Counted from the first letter of the stretch, positions 1-15,843 are shown. The stretch is DNA of 64,000 bases from the human T2T-CHM13v2.0 reference genome, Homo sapiens (GCF_009914755.1 NC_060928.1), one strand, 5' to 3'. Numbers and translations: made by a program. The notes: generated by a model not told the origin, from the sequence alone.

Positions 1-452
1 GAGGGTGAGCAGTGGGCCAGTAAAGCTTCATCTGTGTTTACAGCTGCTCCCATCACTTGCATTATCACCCGAGCGCCACATTCTGCCAGATCAGTGGCAG
101 CCTTAGACTCTCATAGGGGCGTGAACCCTATTGTAAACTGTATATGCGAAGAATCTAGGTTGTCTGCCCCTTATGAGAATCTAATGCCTCATGATCTGCC
201 ACTGTCTCCCATCATTTCCAGACAGGACCATTTAGTTGCAGGGAAACAAGCTTAGGGCTCCCACTGATTCTACGTTATGGTAACGTGTATAATTATTTCA
301 TAATATATTACAATGTAATAATAATAGAAATGAAGTGCACAATAAATGTAATGTACTTGAATCCTCCCAAAACCATCCTCTTACCTCTCGTCTGTGGAAA
401 AATTGCCTTCCATGAAACTGGTCCCTGGTGCCAAAAAGATTGGGGATCACTG
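1..452. mobile_element. MER1A-like hAT-Charlie DNA transposon, truncated by window edge
   Basis: MER1 internal text (ttatgagaatctaatgcctcatgatctg) and terminus gtccctggtgccaaaaagattggggatcactg. Confidence 0.8.
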
Positions 453-1106
453 GCTTATTCCATTGTTAGGTTGCTAAATATAAAGTTGGCACACACCCTT
501 GAATAAACAGGAAGTTGTATCTTTACACTTGTGTTACTGATATGTATAAATCATTTTGTTGTTTATTCATTTGATAGCAAACTAAGTGAAAGCAACTTTA
601 ACCTGAGTTCAAGTTGTCATTGATCATATCGGTTATTGAGTCCAAATAGATTTGGGGGCCTTTTTAACTTATTACTGTGGCTCAATGCTGGTGATTTCAA
701 TATGTTTAATTTGAGTCTGTATTTTAAATCAAATTTGTGCAAAGTAATACTTGACTCTGTAGGTTAATGAGAAACAATAGAGGGATGATAGATAAAGGGT
801 AAGCTGGCACCACTTAAAGGCCAGCAAGATATACAAATGAGCCAGAAAGAGTAAGTATAAGCAAGCTGAACTGTAATGAATCTCTGTGCAGCAGATAATC
901 CCATATTCATTGTTCATGTTACTCACAGTGTGGGCAACATTTAATTTAAGCAGCAATATCGTTCATCAGATTAGATTTAAATTATCACTGTGTGTCATAT
1001 TTTTTAAAAGAAACTTGTAAAATGTTCAAATTTGAAAAATACTAATAAGGGCATTACTGATAATATAATTAATATTAAGTTGCATTATGATTATATTACA
1101 CTATTA

Positions 1107-1384
1107 GGCCAGGCGCAGTGGCTCACACCTGTAATTCCAGCACTTCGTGAGGTCAAGGCGAGTAGAGGGCTTGAGCTCAGGAGTTCAACACCAGCCTGGG
1201 AAACATGGTGAAACCTCATCTCTACAAAAGATATAAACATGAGCCAAGCATGATGGCTCATGCCTGTAGTCCCAGGTACTTGGGAGGCTGAGTTAGGAGG
1301 ATCAACCTGAGCCTGGGAGGCCCAGGATGCACTGAGCTATGATCACTCCAGTCTGGGCAACAGGGTGAGACCCTGTCTCAAAAA
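1107..1384 (+). mobile_element. AluJ
   Basis: Diverged dimeric Alu with J-type gcttgagctcaggagttc and gagaccctgtctc. Confidence 0.9.
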
Positions 1385-2361
1385 CATTTATAGTATTAGC
1401 TTATAATATAAAGAGTAAAACACCTATAGGCTCCAAAATTACTTGTAATCATGTAAGAGTGATGATGATGTTGATAGAGCTAACTTAGTTTCAAACAACT
1501 GTTGATTGTAGATTATTTTCCATTTAATTTAAGTTTCTCAACCAGGGAACAACTGAAATGATTTGTAATTTCATAAAGCATTGTGAAAGGCCATTTCATT
1601 GTCCATAGGAAATAAACTTGAAATCAGATTCCCTCTACCAAGTGCATGATAGAATGCCACTCTCACAATGAACCATCCAACTTTTATTAGAAACTACTGT
1701 TTCTCCATAAAACCAAACTCTTCCCTGCATTTTTGGTCATGCTCAGAAAAAAATATTTATTTTTTACTATGATTTAAGCAGTTTATAGACTGTCAAGACC
1801 ATGACTCTTCACATTAATATGGTTTCCTTATTTCCAAAGACCAATTGATGTTCTTTTATGAAATGTAAATTATAGAAAAAGAAATCCTTCATGTTTTTGG
1901 ATGATTACGGTCAGAGATCAATTTTGAAAACTATGTTATATAGTAATTCCTAGTAATAACAACAGTAATAACAAATTTTGATAAGAAAAAGGACCATTAT
2001 TTTGGGTAATTTTTTTTCACTTTGTTGGATTTTTTCTTTCTACTTCTCTTTCACACATTTCCCCAAACATACATGCTCGTGCACTGTAGTTACTTAAAAC
2101 AGGATGAATTTACATATGTAAGTAATTCGACATTATATAATCCCAGAGGCTGATGCTTCTTTTGGTTATAAGAAATGTTTTTCTCTGGAGTAAATGGTCC
2201 GTGGTTAGCAAATATATCAATGGAGGTACAGTGGTACAGTAGTCTGCCTGTAGAAGTGCAAAGACTGGAAAGGAAGAGAAGATAGCTAAACAAAGAGGTT
2301 TTGAATTTTCCTTGGTAACAGATTATTTCAAACTGGCATTCTAGTATAAACATTAAGCAAC

Positions 2362-2502
2362 TGGGAGGAGGAAGGAGAAACAGAGCCAGAGAGAGAAAAG
2401 GAGAAAATGAGGGGAGAAAGAGAGTGATGAAAAGGCAGAATTCCGGGAAGGGGAAGAGAAGAAGAATGAGGAAAGGAGAGGAGGAGAGAGAGAAGAAAGA
2501 GA
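2362..2502. repeat. GA-rich polypurine low-complexity tract
   Basis: Almost exclusively G/A on the + strand. Confidence 0.8.
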
Positions 2503-2728
2503 ACTGCCCAGCAATATAGCAACCCATGAGCGGCCTGCAGAAAAATGCCAACCTGAAAGTACTATTGGCAGACATCAGACAATGTTGGTTATATTTCTGT
2601 ATTATTTCTAACGTTTATAACTGAACCTTAGTTTATAGTACACATCGATTCAGCCATAGTACTCGAATGAGTGATTTTATACACGTATCTGGCTTTGTTA
2701 TTTGTAGATAGAAATTTTCCACTTAGCT

Positions 2729-2737
2729 ATGCGTGCG

Positions 2738-2780
<43 letters not shown>

Positions 2781-2798
2781 ACACACACACACACACAC
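2729..2798. repeat. (CA)n microsatellite with GC/GT alternating prefix
   Basis: atgcgtgcgcacgc(ac)n with one interruption. Confidence 0.95.
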
Positions 2799-4019
2799 CA
2801 AAAAGGGCAGTGTTCAGATATGAAATTCCTATTTATCTCCATAATGGATGAAATTAATAGATTAAATCATATTTATTTTTGAATGTAAGCTTAACAATAA
2901 TATATATACTATGTGTGCATGATATTACATCACTGTTGCAAGGCTCATAAAAAGTATGGAATATTAAAGATTAATAAAACTAGTAGGCAAATGTAAATAT
3001 GTATAACTGTAAGCATGTGTATATGTATATATGTTTTAAAATCATGAAAGGCCACTTGGAAGTCAACATAGAAAATGCAAAATGGCTTTGAATTTATTTC
3101 ACGTTCTGTTAATGAAATATCGCTGACAAAAAACATCCAGAAAGTATTTATATTTCTTTAAAATGAAATGAGTGTGGAGCTCACAAAGGCAATGTGTCTC
3201 CTCTGTAAACACAGAGAAATGATACTTTTACCTTTTCATAGCTATCCAACCACCTAAGCCATTACTGTCACTGAGGAATGTGACTTTTTAAAAATTCCTT
3301 GTATAATGTTAATGATATTCAATCATGTTATTACCCTAAGTGTATATCCTTGTACTTGTATTTGGATGGCAAAGCAACTTCAATCATACCATTGCCAATG
3401 GAAATGCAGCAGATCTGACAATTTTTGTAATGGGTTTATTACTACAACAAGGGCTTTCAAGTTAATCATTATATTGACTGCTTTTTAAGTTTGGATGAGC
3501 TAAATATCCTAGCATGATATTTTATCTCCTTTCCATGTGCTGTTTTCCAATACGTAAACAATTATGTTTGTTTCCTGACAAATGTTACTGTTTGTACTGA
3601 ATTTTTAGAATATAGTTTGACTTTTCTCCCTCCATTCTTTTTCTTTTTTAAATTTTAAGACATTTAAAATAAAGATGTGCTTTTCTATAGAACACAATGC
3701 TTTGAACTGATTTCTCCTACTTTGAGGTAAAGGCAACAACGTTTGAAAGTAACATTTTCAGAACCAGTTTCAATTTCAAGGTCTCTTTCAATTTCCTTTC
3801 CTTTCAGTATTAATGATACAAAGTGAAATTGTACTCCACAGGAGCTCCAAACTTTTATTATTTTTTAAAAGGTAGAGCAGTAAGAAAAGCTTAGCATTAA
3901 ATTATATAATCTTAGCAGGTAGTAAAACTAATTGTGCTTTTTTATTTAAAAAAATTAAATGGTTTCATAGAGTCAGAATAGATGGGAATAGCTGAAACTG
4001 TGGAAAGAGTTCTGAAGCT

Positions 4020-4043
4020 ACACACACACACACACACACACAC
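4020..4043. repeat. (CA)n microsatellite
   Basis: About 12 units. Confidence 0.9.
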
Positions 4044-5980
4044 GCTCAAAATTAGATTTATTGAGGTCAAGAACCAAGCACTCATATCTTTCTATTATCA
4101 CATAGCACTGAACAGAAAAGTAGTAGGACATTCCTTAGTGGGATGATGAGTAACTCCAAAATGTAATAACTTTATCCCCAAGAACCAAAAGAAAACAAAG
4201 CAATCAACTGAATTCTGATTGTACCAACAAGATGGTAATATGAGAATTAATCATAACCAAAGAAAACAGATTAGAAATGGATTGGAAGGGACATTAAGTT
4301 AGGTATGGAATGAACAATACAATCTAATGAAATAAATGAAAGTTACCTTTTGTCTCATTGCTTACAGAACCCCATCTCCATATTTGTAGACATGCAAAAT
4401 ATCTCCTCTCCACACTGTGATTACCTTCATATGGAAAAGGGTTTCATATGGTACACATGTGACTATCCTTGGATGTAATATTTTACAAGGAGAATTACAA
4501 AGAAATACATTTGGCCTTCTGCAGGCTTGAGAGCTGAGAATAAATACAGATGTGCACTAAGAACCTACATCTGGGAAAATCTCAAAGATGTGAACAAAAT
4601 TATTAACCCAAGGAGTTCTATTATTTTTACTTTAAAAAATTCTTCTAGAGACATTTTTTCATACAGACCATCTATCTTTTAACCCGCTTTTTCTAGTCTT
4701 TCACTTTGCAATGTTGTATCTTGGTTTCTTTTTTAAAAAGCGGGTACATTCACATGTTCCTCTATTCTCCACTAGCCTTAGAAGTAAGACAAGTCATTTC
4801 AAGGTTTTCTAAACTTTTTAATTAGTAGCAACTAAGGGAAAGAAATTCCACACAGACACATGAGGAGAAGTTGCAATAGCTCTTATAACTTTTATAATAG
4901 TGTTTCTGGTACTCAGTCTTACTAGGTTAGCTTTCTCTAAAGCTTCAGTATAGGAACTAATTGGCATCTCCTACCTTGAGGATTATTCCCACTAAACCTC
5001 TGCAACCCTGTTATTTTTAAATGTTGGTTTTCTTCTGTTTTCTCAGATAGTTCCCGTTCCACTGTCCCCATATTGCTACATAAAAACAAGCCTTCATTGT
5101 TTATATCCTACAGAGACTAATACTGTGCAGTAATAAATAGTGGCTATTTGGGCATACAAATCATTCAAGGGGAATTAATTTATACTGTAGGGTAAGTGCT
5201 ATATGGATGCCAATCAATGTGTTCCTTCTTTCTACAAAAGTTGCTAGGTATTTTCTTCATTTGTGCAGCCTAAAAAAAGTTTATGGGTTTTAGGGTGAGC
5301 AACTCTCAGCAGAAACATTCTGATGTCTCAATTTGGCAAAAGTTTCTAAGAAAGGAATTAACTCTATTTACTGTAGATTTCTATAACTTCTCTTACACTG
5401 TGAAAATGAAAAATGCATTTTCATTTTGAGAGGTCAATGTAGTAGTCTTTAAGCATCATAAAAACTCTAACTGAAATTAAGTAAACTATTACTGATAATC
5501 TGTGAGAGACTTATAATCAAAATTAAAATTTAAAATAGCTGTACAAACCTGAACTAAAATTTGCATTAAATATTCAAGTAGGATAGAGTTTCAATATTTA
5601 AAATAAATTATACTTTAAAATTTATGTCATGAATGCAAGGAGTAATAGGGAACTAATTGTGATGGTCCACCTTAGGTATATGTTAAATATTATTTGGGAA
5701 GACTGTATAAATTTGGGAGTTTATGTAATAATGATACCTTTTTTTCTAGCAGCAGTATTTCAAATGAACATTTACACACACAAAAATACACACACACAGA
5801 GAGATACACAAAGTTACTTTGTTCAGTGTAGTCCCAACATGGCATTTATAAATATTTAAATTATTAAAATAATTGTTTAAATTACACAAATGACATTACA
5901 GAAAGGAAATGAGCTAATTTTCTTCTTTCAATTAGTAGTTTAGAATAATTTATATTTGGGTACGTTGAAATAAGATATTG

Positions 5981-6838
5981 GAATCTATAAAGGACTTAAA
6001 CAAATTTACAAGAAAAAACAAAAAACCTCAACAAAAAGTGGGTGATGGATATGAACAAATACTTCTCAAAAGAAGACATTTATGCAGCCAACAAACATAT
6101 GAAAAAAAGCTCATCATCACTGGTCATTAGAGAAATGCAAATCAAAACCACAATGAGATATCCTCTCATGCCAGTTAGAATGGCGAAATAGGAATGCTTT
6201 TACACTGTTGGTGGGAGTGTAAATTAGTTCAACCATTGTGGAAGAGAGTGAGCTGATTTTTCAAGGATCTAGAACCAGAAATACCATTTGACTCAGCAAT
6301 CCCATTACTGGGTATATACCCAAAGAATTAAAAATCAATCTACTGTAAAGACACATGCATACATATGTTCACTGCAGCACTATTTACAATAGCAAAGACT
6401 TGGAACCAACCCTAATGCCCATCAGTGATAGGCTGGATAAAGAAAATGTGGCACATATACACCATGGAATACTATGCAGCCATAAAAAAGAATGAGTTCA
6501 TGTCCTTTGCAGGAAAATGAATGAAGCTGGAAACCATCATTCTCAGCAAACTAAAACAGGAACAGAAAACCGAACACCACATGTTCTCACTCATAAGTGG
6601 GAGTTGAATAATGAAAACACATTGACACAGGGAGGGGAACATCACACATTGGGGTCTGTCGGGGGTGAGGGGCAAGGGGAGGGAGAGCATTAGGACAAAT
6701 ACCTAACGCATGCGGGGCTTAAAACCTAGATGACAGGTTGATGGGTGCAGCAAACCACCATGGCACATGTATAGCTGTGTAACAAACCTGTACATTCTGC
6801 ACATGTATCCCAGAACTTAAAGTATAATTTTAAAAAAA
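5981..6838 (+). mobile_element. 5'-truncated L1PA (L1PA7/8-like): ORF2 end plus 3'UTR
   Basis: caaatttacaagaaaaaa...atgcaaatcaaaaccacaatgagata...gcacatgtatcccagaacttaaagtataat followed by an A-tail. Confidence 0.92.
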
Positions 6839-7439
6839 GTAGACAGTGTTCAAAATTGCAGGCTAATAGCTAAACTACTTTAAAAAAGCATGGCACACTT
6901 AGTTGAAATTGTAATCTTTAAATAAATGATATTAAATGCTTATATGAGAGGAAAAAAGTGACACTTCATTAGTTAATCATATATTTTAGGAAGACATGGA
7001 AAGAATACCAGAATAAAATAAAAATTATAGAAGGAATGAACGCACAAAGGAAAAAGCAAACATTGAAACAGAAAAGGAAGGCAAAATAGTGAGGATTAAG
7101 AAAAGGGAAAATGAAGTGAGCCAATTTCTGTCAAATAGAACAATCAGGAGAGAAAACAAAAATGAACAACACTCAAAAAGAAAATGTGACATAGTCAATG
7201 GGTAGAGAGTTTTAAAGTATCATAACGATCTGTTATGAACAACTCAAAACTAGAATTTTTAAGCAAGGCAATTGAAATATTTTTTGAAAATATAAACTGC
7301 AAATAACTCATAAAGATTGTAAGAGAAAGAATATACCATAAGCAAAACAACAAAGAATATACCGTAAGCAAACAAAGTAATTTTAACACATTTCAAAATT
7401 AAATTTTTAGGCTCAGATCATTTTAGAAGATCTTTAAAT

Positions 7440-8260
7440 AATAAATAAGGCCAGTATACAAACTTCTAGAGGTGACAAAATATACACACGAAAAAATGCC
7501 CACAAGCGATGCATGATCATATTGATATATTTAACTACAATAAAATTAAGTTGTTGTATGAATCAAATATCATCATTAAAAGATATAAAAAGACATGAAA
7601 TATACTATTAGGAGAAGATATCTGCAAGCATATCAGGCATTAACATGCAGACTATCTAAAGAACTTTAAAAAATTAATATAAAATATAAAATAATTCTAA
7701 ATTAAAACAAGAAAAAGGCATACAGAGTATGCAAACTACATAAAAAAGAAATAGTCATTAAATACAAGAATAGCTAATCATCCACATAATCAGGAAAATA
7801 TAAAAATTTTAATGTTTGACAATACCAACATTGGAGATAGTAAGTACTACAAAGAAAATTAGTTTAGTAAACTAGGGCTATAGGTATCAATGTGGGTGAG
7901 CCATACGAGTAAAAGTAAGAGAAAAAGCAATTTGAAGAAAATGTGTATGGTAGGAACATATTTATATAAATTCAAATTTAAAACATCTAGATACTAAGCA
8001 ATTTATTGTTTAGGGTTGCTTTCTTATGTGATACAAGTAACAAGAAAGCTAAGAATATGATACACTTGAAATTCAGGATATGTGTTGCCTCTCCAGTGGT
8101 AGCAAAAAAGTGACGTGATTGGAAAGGTGGTGGTATTATTCTCTGTTCTAAACTAAATGGTTTGTGCCAAACTGTTCTTATTATTATCTTTTAAGTTATA
8201 GAAATTGTTATACAAACTCTTTAGAATGTAGGAAATGCTTCAAAATTATAAAAATAAAGA
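7440..8260 (+). mobile_element. Old L1M (L1ME-like) 3' fragment
   Basis: Degenerate L1 ORF2-end/3'UTR phrases (gagaagatatctgca, tatctaaagaact, ataatcaggaaaat, tttgacaatacca). Confidence 0.5.
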
Positions 8261-9949
8261 AAAGACATCAGAAGACTATTTGATTTATTTGGGGGAGAAA
8301 AAGTGATGGGTAGAAATCATCAATCCCAGCAATGCTCTAGAGCTAGGCTCAGAGTACACATGAATAATGATGAGTTGAATAAAAATAAAAGACAATGTCT
8401 ATGACTACTTTAACAGCTTAAACTATTTTCTAAATTATAATGAAAATATATTCTAGCTTGCTCAGGGTTTTGTAAACTAGTTGCTATTTTCCATGATAAT
8501 TTAATTTATTTCAGGGCACCATGTGTATTTCTATAAGGAGCATGAAAATAGCAAATTTTTGTTTTATTTCTTTTTCTCTTTAGTCATTCTTTAGATATGA
8601 AACCTTTTTGTGGTATCTTTTGCTGGCTATCATAATAGGAACACAGTGGCTTTAGCTGAGGAGGCTCATTATAATCTGAGCCAATTAATTGTCAAATTAA
8701 TTACAATTTATCTCGCCACAGAGAATGACAAAGCATAGAAAACCAACCAGAAAATATCCCAGTGGACTTCCCCCAGGGCTTTTAAAGCATTAACCACAAG
8801 ATTTAAGGACTCTTATAAAAGATTGCTTTTTTACCTTGCTCAGACTTTGCTAGCTTCTTACCAAATACTTCTTAATACTTTTTTTTTTTACCAAAATACT
8901 TCTTAATACTTTCTTTTCCTCACATAGACAATTGCTACAACTTGACTAGTGAAATGGAACTCATGGACATTAATTGTCTTCTTCCCTGGTGTTTCAAGAA
9001 ATTGCTCTCAGCTCCGTAATTATCTAATACTGTAAAGTAACCAAAGTCAGCACTTAACGTTAGTATTAGATCCATTACTATGTAGCTTGTTTTGAGTATT
9101 AATAAATTTAGGCAATGTCCAATTTTTAAATTAAAATTTAATTTGCATTAAAAACAGTAAAAATATTCTGAGCAGAAAATCTTCACATTGTCAGAGGCCT
9201 TGTTTTGAAAAGTATATTTTTAAAAATTAATAGCTGGTTGCCACACAGGAAACAAATATGAATGAAAGCATGCCTATAAACCACTTGTTTCTAACAAAAA
9301 ATAGACATCTTTGCAACTCCGTCCTCAAGAAAATAAACACATAAAACTAAATAAAATTGTTTCAATCGATCATAATTTCTAGGCAGAACAACTAAAAGTA
9401 AAGATTTAATTTCCTTGTTGTCTTGACACTTAACCCCTATACAACACCCTAAGTTTAGGAATATTTGTGACACAGTATCAGTTGGTACATCTCACAGTGA
9501 TGGTAGGAGGCACTCATGTTGAAATTCTTATTCATCAAGGAGTCATAAATAGGAAGGAGAAAAAGGAGTTCCAAATTCCAAATTCCAGATAAATATTGTA
9601 ATTTCCTTGTTTCATAAACACTGTTCTCTTTTGAGTCAGGCATTCCTTTAATTTTCTTTCTTTGAGGACTTATTGTACCTACTGAGCTTTCATGCTTTCT
9701 TCCTTATAACCAATGAAAGGCATACAAGAGGCTACTATCTCAGTGCATGAGACATTTTTCCTCTATGTGAAACTAACTTGTTATTGGTTTATCACCGAAT
9801 ATTGCAAATACTTTATTCAATCTGTTTTTCTTCTTCTTTGATATATTTCTATTTAGTGATTACCATTAAAATTGCAAGTGTTAAGCATGATGATTTCTAA
9901 ATGTACACTGCCAACCCAATGGGGCCAGAAAATCTACATTTATTGTTTC

Positions 9950-11230
9950 AGAAGACAAATATGGATGCCCATGTTAAATCATTAGACCTTAACCCATTAA
10001 AATTATGAGACCATAAATCAAACTCCTCATCCTTCCAGCATCTTTACCTCTGTCTGATTCTATACATTTTAATGAACACATCCAGGCTGAAAACAATAGT
10101 GATGACATTGTATTTCCAGCTTTCTTTTTGCTCCTCCATTGAGTACATATTCAAATTCTGTCAATTCTACTTCTGCGAGGACTTTCCTGATTTTCCCTTT
10201 CTATCCTGTTTACCACCAAGATGGGCTGAGTCTATCTTACCGGCCAAACTCTGTCTTAGCTACTTTCCACTCCTTATCTCTTTAATGCTCACCAAAATAT
10301 TCTGAATTGGGTTTCTTTACATTGGTGTTACAGATATATGGTATGAGGGTTGAAGAGATTAGGTTAAGGTAAACTAGTAGGTGCAGAAGTTAAGATTCAA
10401 ACTCAAGCCAAGCCCTTGTCGTTTAAAAGAGAGTTTAAACATTCAAGATAGATAGTTCTGGGTTTGTTCCTTGTTCTGTCACTTATTAGCCATATATTAG
10501 ACAACTATCTTAGTATCGCTAAGCCTCATTTTATTCATTCAAAGTGGATATAGTTAATATTGTTTGGGCTTGTAAATGATTAGCACATTTTAGCATATAT
10601 TAATATGCTCAATGAATACCTTATTTTAAGATACAATCATTAGTATGATTGTATTATTGTAACATTATTTAGTTGGTCTCCTCAAAACAACTCCCTGGTT
10701 CAAACAATATATTTTCCTTCAATTCCAACTCTGATTATGCCACTTTCTGGCTTAAAAATCCTGAGTGACTCCAGTGGTATCCTATTTTCAACAGAATAAA
10801 GGCAAACGTTCTATAACAGAATAGGGGATTTATATTCTGGCCACAAACAGCACCCACATTTAGTCCCACTATTTCTCATTTACCTTGTAATTCAATTAAC
10901 ACAGGCAACTTACCATTCTCAAAAATGTCCTGATATTTTCAGCCAAGTCTGAGCTTAGGCTGATCCACTGCCCTAGAATACACTGCCCAGCTAGCTTTGC
11001 TACAGTTCTGTCCAGTGATCGCAGAAGACTCAAATACCGCATCCTCCATTAAACACTCCTGGTTCCTAGAGGAATAATTACTGTCACCCTGTCTTGGTCC
11101 CCATTGTGTACAATCATGTTGGCATGATATATATTGCATTCTGCCTTGTAATGCAGATAACTGTGAATATGTCCTGTCTCTACTACTGAAATCAGGAACT
11201 GAATACTTTACATATTTGTATGAACTCTAT
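9950..11230. mobile_element. L2 fragments interrupted by MIR pieces (~10330-10620)
   Basis: L2-like ttctgtcaattctacttc and cttaaaaatcctgagtgactcc; MIR-core-like aagattcaaactcaag and ctgtcacttattagc...aagcctcatttt. Confidence 0.5.
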
Positions 11231-12763
11231 AATAAAGACAGATTCACAAAGGAAAAGGTATTACTGGTATGTATTTTCTCAACTTTTTAATTCTTATTTT
11301 AAAATGTACTTTTATACAATTTTGGCAATTTTTTAAGTGGAGAATAACCCTATTTGCTTCCATAAAGGAATCTCTTTAAAACAGATGACTTTTCCTTCCA
11401 TTGATAAAGTTAAATGTGTGGTGCTACTTGAAATAATTCAGAAGAAATGAAAACCTAGATTACTTACAATGATATTTTCAATAAAAGAAAAATTATGATT
11501 AACTGTATCCTGTACAGTAACTGTCCTCTTGCAAGTAAGTTTGAGGTTCTCTGAGGTCACTGCTGACTGCCAAAATACATGAAAATAGAGCTTCTCTTTT
11601 CAAACAAGCAAAATTCTACTTACTAAAACAATTTAATTGACACAGTGATACTCTTTGTTTACATGGAATATAAACCATTCTTATTATAAGCCTTTGATAC
11701 TGCCTGTTTTTCTCCTTGATCAACTGAGGACTTTCAAATAGTACATTGAATTCTCACAGCTGGGCACCTAAAGATTTCATGATGTTCTAAATGTAATCCC
11801 TCCCTGACAAGGGAGATCTAGGGAGTTCTATAACAGGGTATCAAGACCATCATTTCAGGGAAGTATTGCTGATGGCTCCTCTCTCCTGCACAGGCTTGCT
11901 GTGACTGAGCTCCTAACTACCACATTCTCTGTTGTGTGCCCTATGTCAAACTCCACATTGTGATGTAATTATCCAATCCCACATTTCCTCCAGGAGTAAG
12001 CCACTGCTGTCTATGCCATTTTTCTCAAGATGACTGCTACCCATAGAACTGAATCCAGAGATTTGGTACCCTCTCTCCACTGTCGAATATCTTGGATAAA
12101 TGCTCATTCCCGCAAGCCCGGGCCATTGCCCAGGTCTTATGCTACACTTGCCAATTGCATGCTGGGTCACCCACCTAGAAACTGCCAGCAACTTTCACAT
12201 ACTGCTTGCTTGACTGGCTGGGCCATCCACCCAATTCTTGCTGCCTGGACTCCTTTGCATTACTAAATCTATACTAGCTGATATGCATCAAATCTGGATT
12301 CCATTTACCACAAACCAGACTTTGTGTTTATCTCTAACTCTGAAAATGATTCATACCTCATTGAGTCTGAGGTATGAAATATTCTAAAAACAGATTTTTC
12401 TACTAGTTTACCAAATACAACAAACTTATTTATTATCATAAAATATAGAAAAGTAATAGTTTCATTTACCAGTGTAGCCTCTCATCTTCTGTACTAACGT
12501 TCATAGGATAAATAATGTCTTATTTTCTAAAGACACAAACTTAGTAATATTGAGGTTTTTTTTTTCTTTCTCATTCAACCCTTATTCAAATTAGGAATCA
12601 AATTTTAAGATTTTATTTTATAATAGGTTTCTTCTTTTCTGTTCATAACAACCTGTCTCCTGTTTAATGATATGATAATTCTTAAACATATTTTGACTGG
12701 AATTTTTTTCAGATATTTACATTACTAATGGAAGAGTCCTTCTTAAATATAGTAACCTTATCA

Positions 12764-13101
12764 TTTTCTTTTTTTTTTGTTTTTCTTTTTTTATTATTAT
12801 ACTTTAAGTTCTAGGGTACATGTGCACAACGTGCAGGTTTGTCACATATGTATACATGTGCCATGTTGGTGTGCTGCACCCATTAACTCATCATTTATAT
12901 TAGGTATATCTCCTAATGCTATCCCTCCTCCCTCCCCCCACCCCACGACAGGCCCCAGTGTGTGATGTTCCCCTTCCTGTGTCCAAGTGTTCTCATTGCT
13001 CAATTCCCACCTATGAGTGAGAACACACGGTGTTTGGTTTTTTGTCCTTGTGATAGTTTGCTGAGAATGATGGTTTCCAGCTTCATCCATGTCCCTACAA
13101 A
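12764..13101 (-). mobile_element. Short L1PA4/5-like 3' end
   Basis: Poly-T then ttattatactttaagttctagggtacatgtgcacaacgtgcagg..., the reverse complement of the L1PA 3'UTR. Confidence 0.93.
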
Positions 13102-13565
13102 GAGAAGATTTCAAATGGCTGTTGGAACTAACTGAAACTTATTTCCCTGTGTTTTCAAGACCCTCTATTAACTGTTTTTTTTAAATATCTGTTAACTTAT
13201 CATCTTTGTTTTCATCATCAAATTTGTACAATATATTACTTTTTCACTTTATAGTTTTGAGCCTATGGTTTTCAACTCATAAAATACATAGTAAAATAAA
13301 GGCATGAAAACGTTCATGTTAAGACATCAGTAAATTACTTGTATCTAGATCAAGCCTTAATACCAGCCTAGGTTCATATCCATTGAAAACACTACGTAGG
13401 AAGGAAAATCAAACCAAATAGCCTGCTAGCTTTGGACTCCAAGTTTATAATACAGATTTTGTTTTCTACTTTTGTCTTATATGCAAAATACACAAATCAC
13501 TTGCTTCAAGATGAAGTTCAAAACTATCCTCAAATTATTCTTTCTTTACAAAGTAAATCAGTTCT

Positions 13566-13884
13566 GGCTGGGTGCGGTGGCTCACGCCTGTAAACCCAGC
13601 ACTTTGGGAGGCTGAGGAGGGCAGATCATGAGATCAGGAGATCGAGACCATCCTGGCTAACACGGTGAAACCCCGTCTCCAAAAAAAAAAAAAAAAATAC
13701 AAAAAAATTAGCCGGGTGTGGTGGTGAGTGCCTGCATTCCCAGCTACTCAGGAGGCTGAGGCAGAAGAATAGCACGAACCCGGAGGTGGAGCTTGCAGTG
13801 AGCCCAGATTGCACCACTGCACTCCAGCTTGGGCATCAGAGCGAGGCTCCATCTCAAAAAAAAAAAAAAAAAGAAAAGAAAAAG
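13566..13884 (+). mobile_element. AluY with TSD
   Basis: Y-type gagatcgagaccatcctggctaacacgg and gagcttgcagtgagc; TSD aaagtaaatcagtt(c/a)t at 13550-13565 and 13885-13900; middle A-linker expanded. Confidence 0.93.
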
Positions 13885-14388
13885 AAAGTAAATCAGTTAT
13901 GTTACTAATTGATTCTGCCCTCACCAGTTAAAAGACAATATAATAATTGTCAATTAAATATTTTTTAATCATTTGTAAGGTTGTGTAATACATTCCTTGA
14001 GGCAAAACTAGATGTATGAGAAAAACTGTCACCTCTTAATTTTGGAGTTGACTTATATACATAAAGATGCTAACTGAGAATTAAGGTCAGTGATTATGCA
14101 GGGACTCAAGTTAAAAAGAAATAACCATCTGCTGGAGTCATTAGGGGATGTGTCATATTCTTATAAAAAGTAGAACTTAAAATGTGGGTAGATTCAGGAA
14201 AAGTATTTTAGTAAAGGCATAGAAGCTAAGAAAAATAGGTCATGGTAGACATGAGATAGTCATAGTTGAAAACTATATAGTGGGCAAGTCTAACAAAAAA
14301 CAGTGCATATTGAGAATTGGGAAGGATAGATATTGAAATGCAAACTTGAGCTGGCTCACAAAGAACATTGAAATAAGAAATTTGGTTT

Positions 14389-15467
<1,079 letters not shown>

Positions 15468-15843
15468 TGGCATTAAGGGCCACAGGAATATTAACAGGTC
15501 AAAACATGACCATATCTCTGACCTAATTGATAGATAATATTTCACCATCTTTAAAAACATAATTAGTTTCTAGGAGCTTATATACATGAATAATCTTTCT
15601 TATATATCTTGAGTTTTTAGGTATACAGTTAAATTTTATTAATAAACAAATGAAAGTTATTGAAACTGAATTTAATTTTGATTGCCTTACAAAAGGACAT
15701 TGATTTTTATCTCAGTAGCATTGGTTGGAGAAGAGAATGATAAAATGAGATAAGGCATGAATAATTCTCCAAAAAAAAGATATATTGTAGATAGCTTAGG
15801 CCAATTATATCTAAGTATTAGAAATAATGAGCATTTAACTTCA

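Noticed and set aside
2090-2575. 161-aa F/L/S-rich ORF (and the similar one at 53801..54175)
   Set aside because: Translation of polypyrimidine low-complexity tracts, which lack stops by composition.
5403-5427. Imperfect AT-rich palindrome around ATGCAT
   Set aside because: Short and low complexity; expected by chance.
6180-6195. ~45-nt internal deletion in L1PA (atggcga|aatagg)
   Set aside because: Ordinary small deletion in a dead element.
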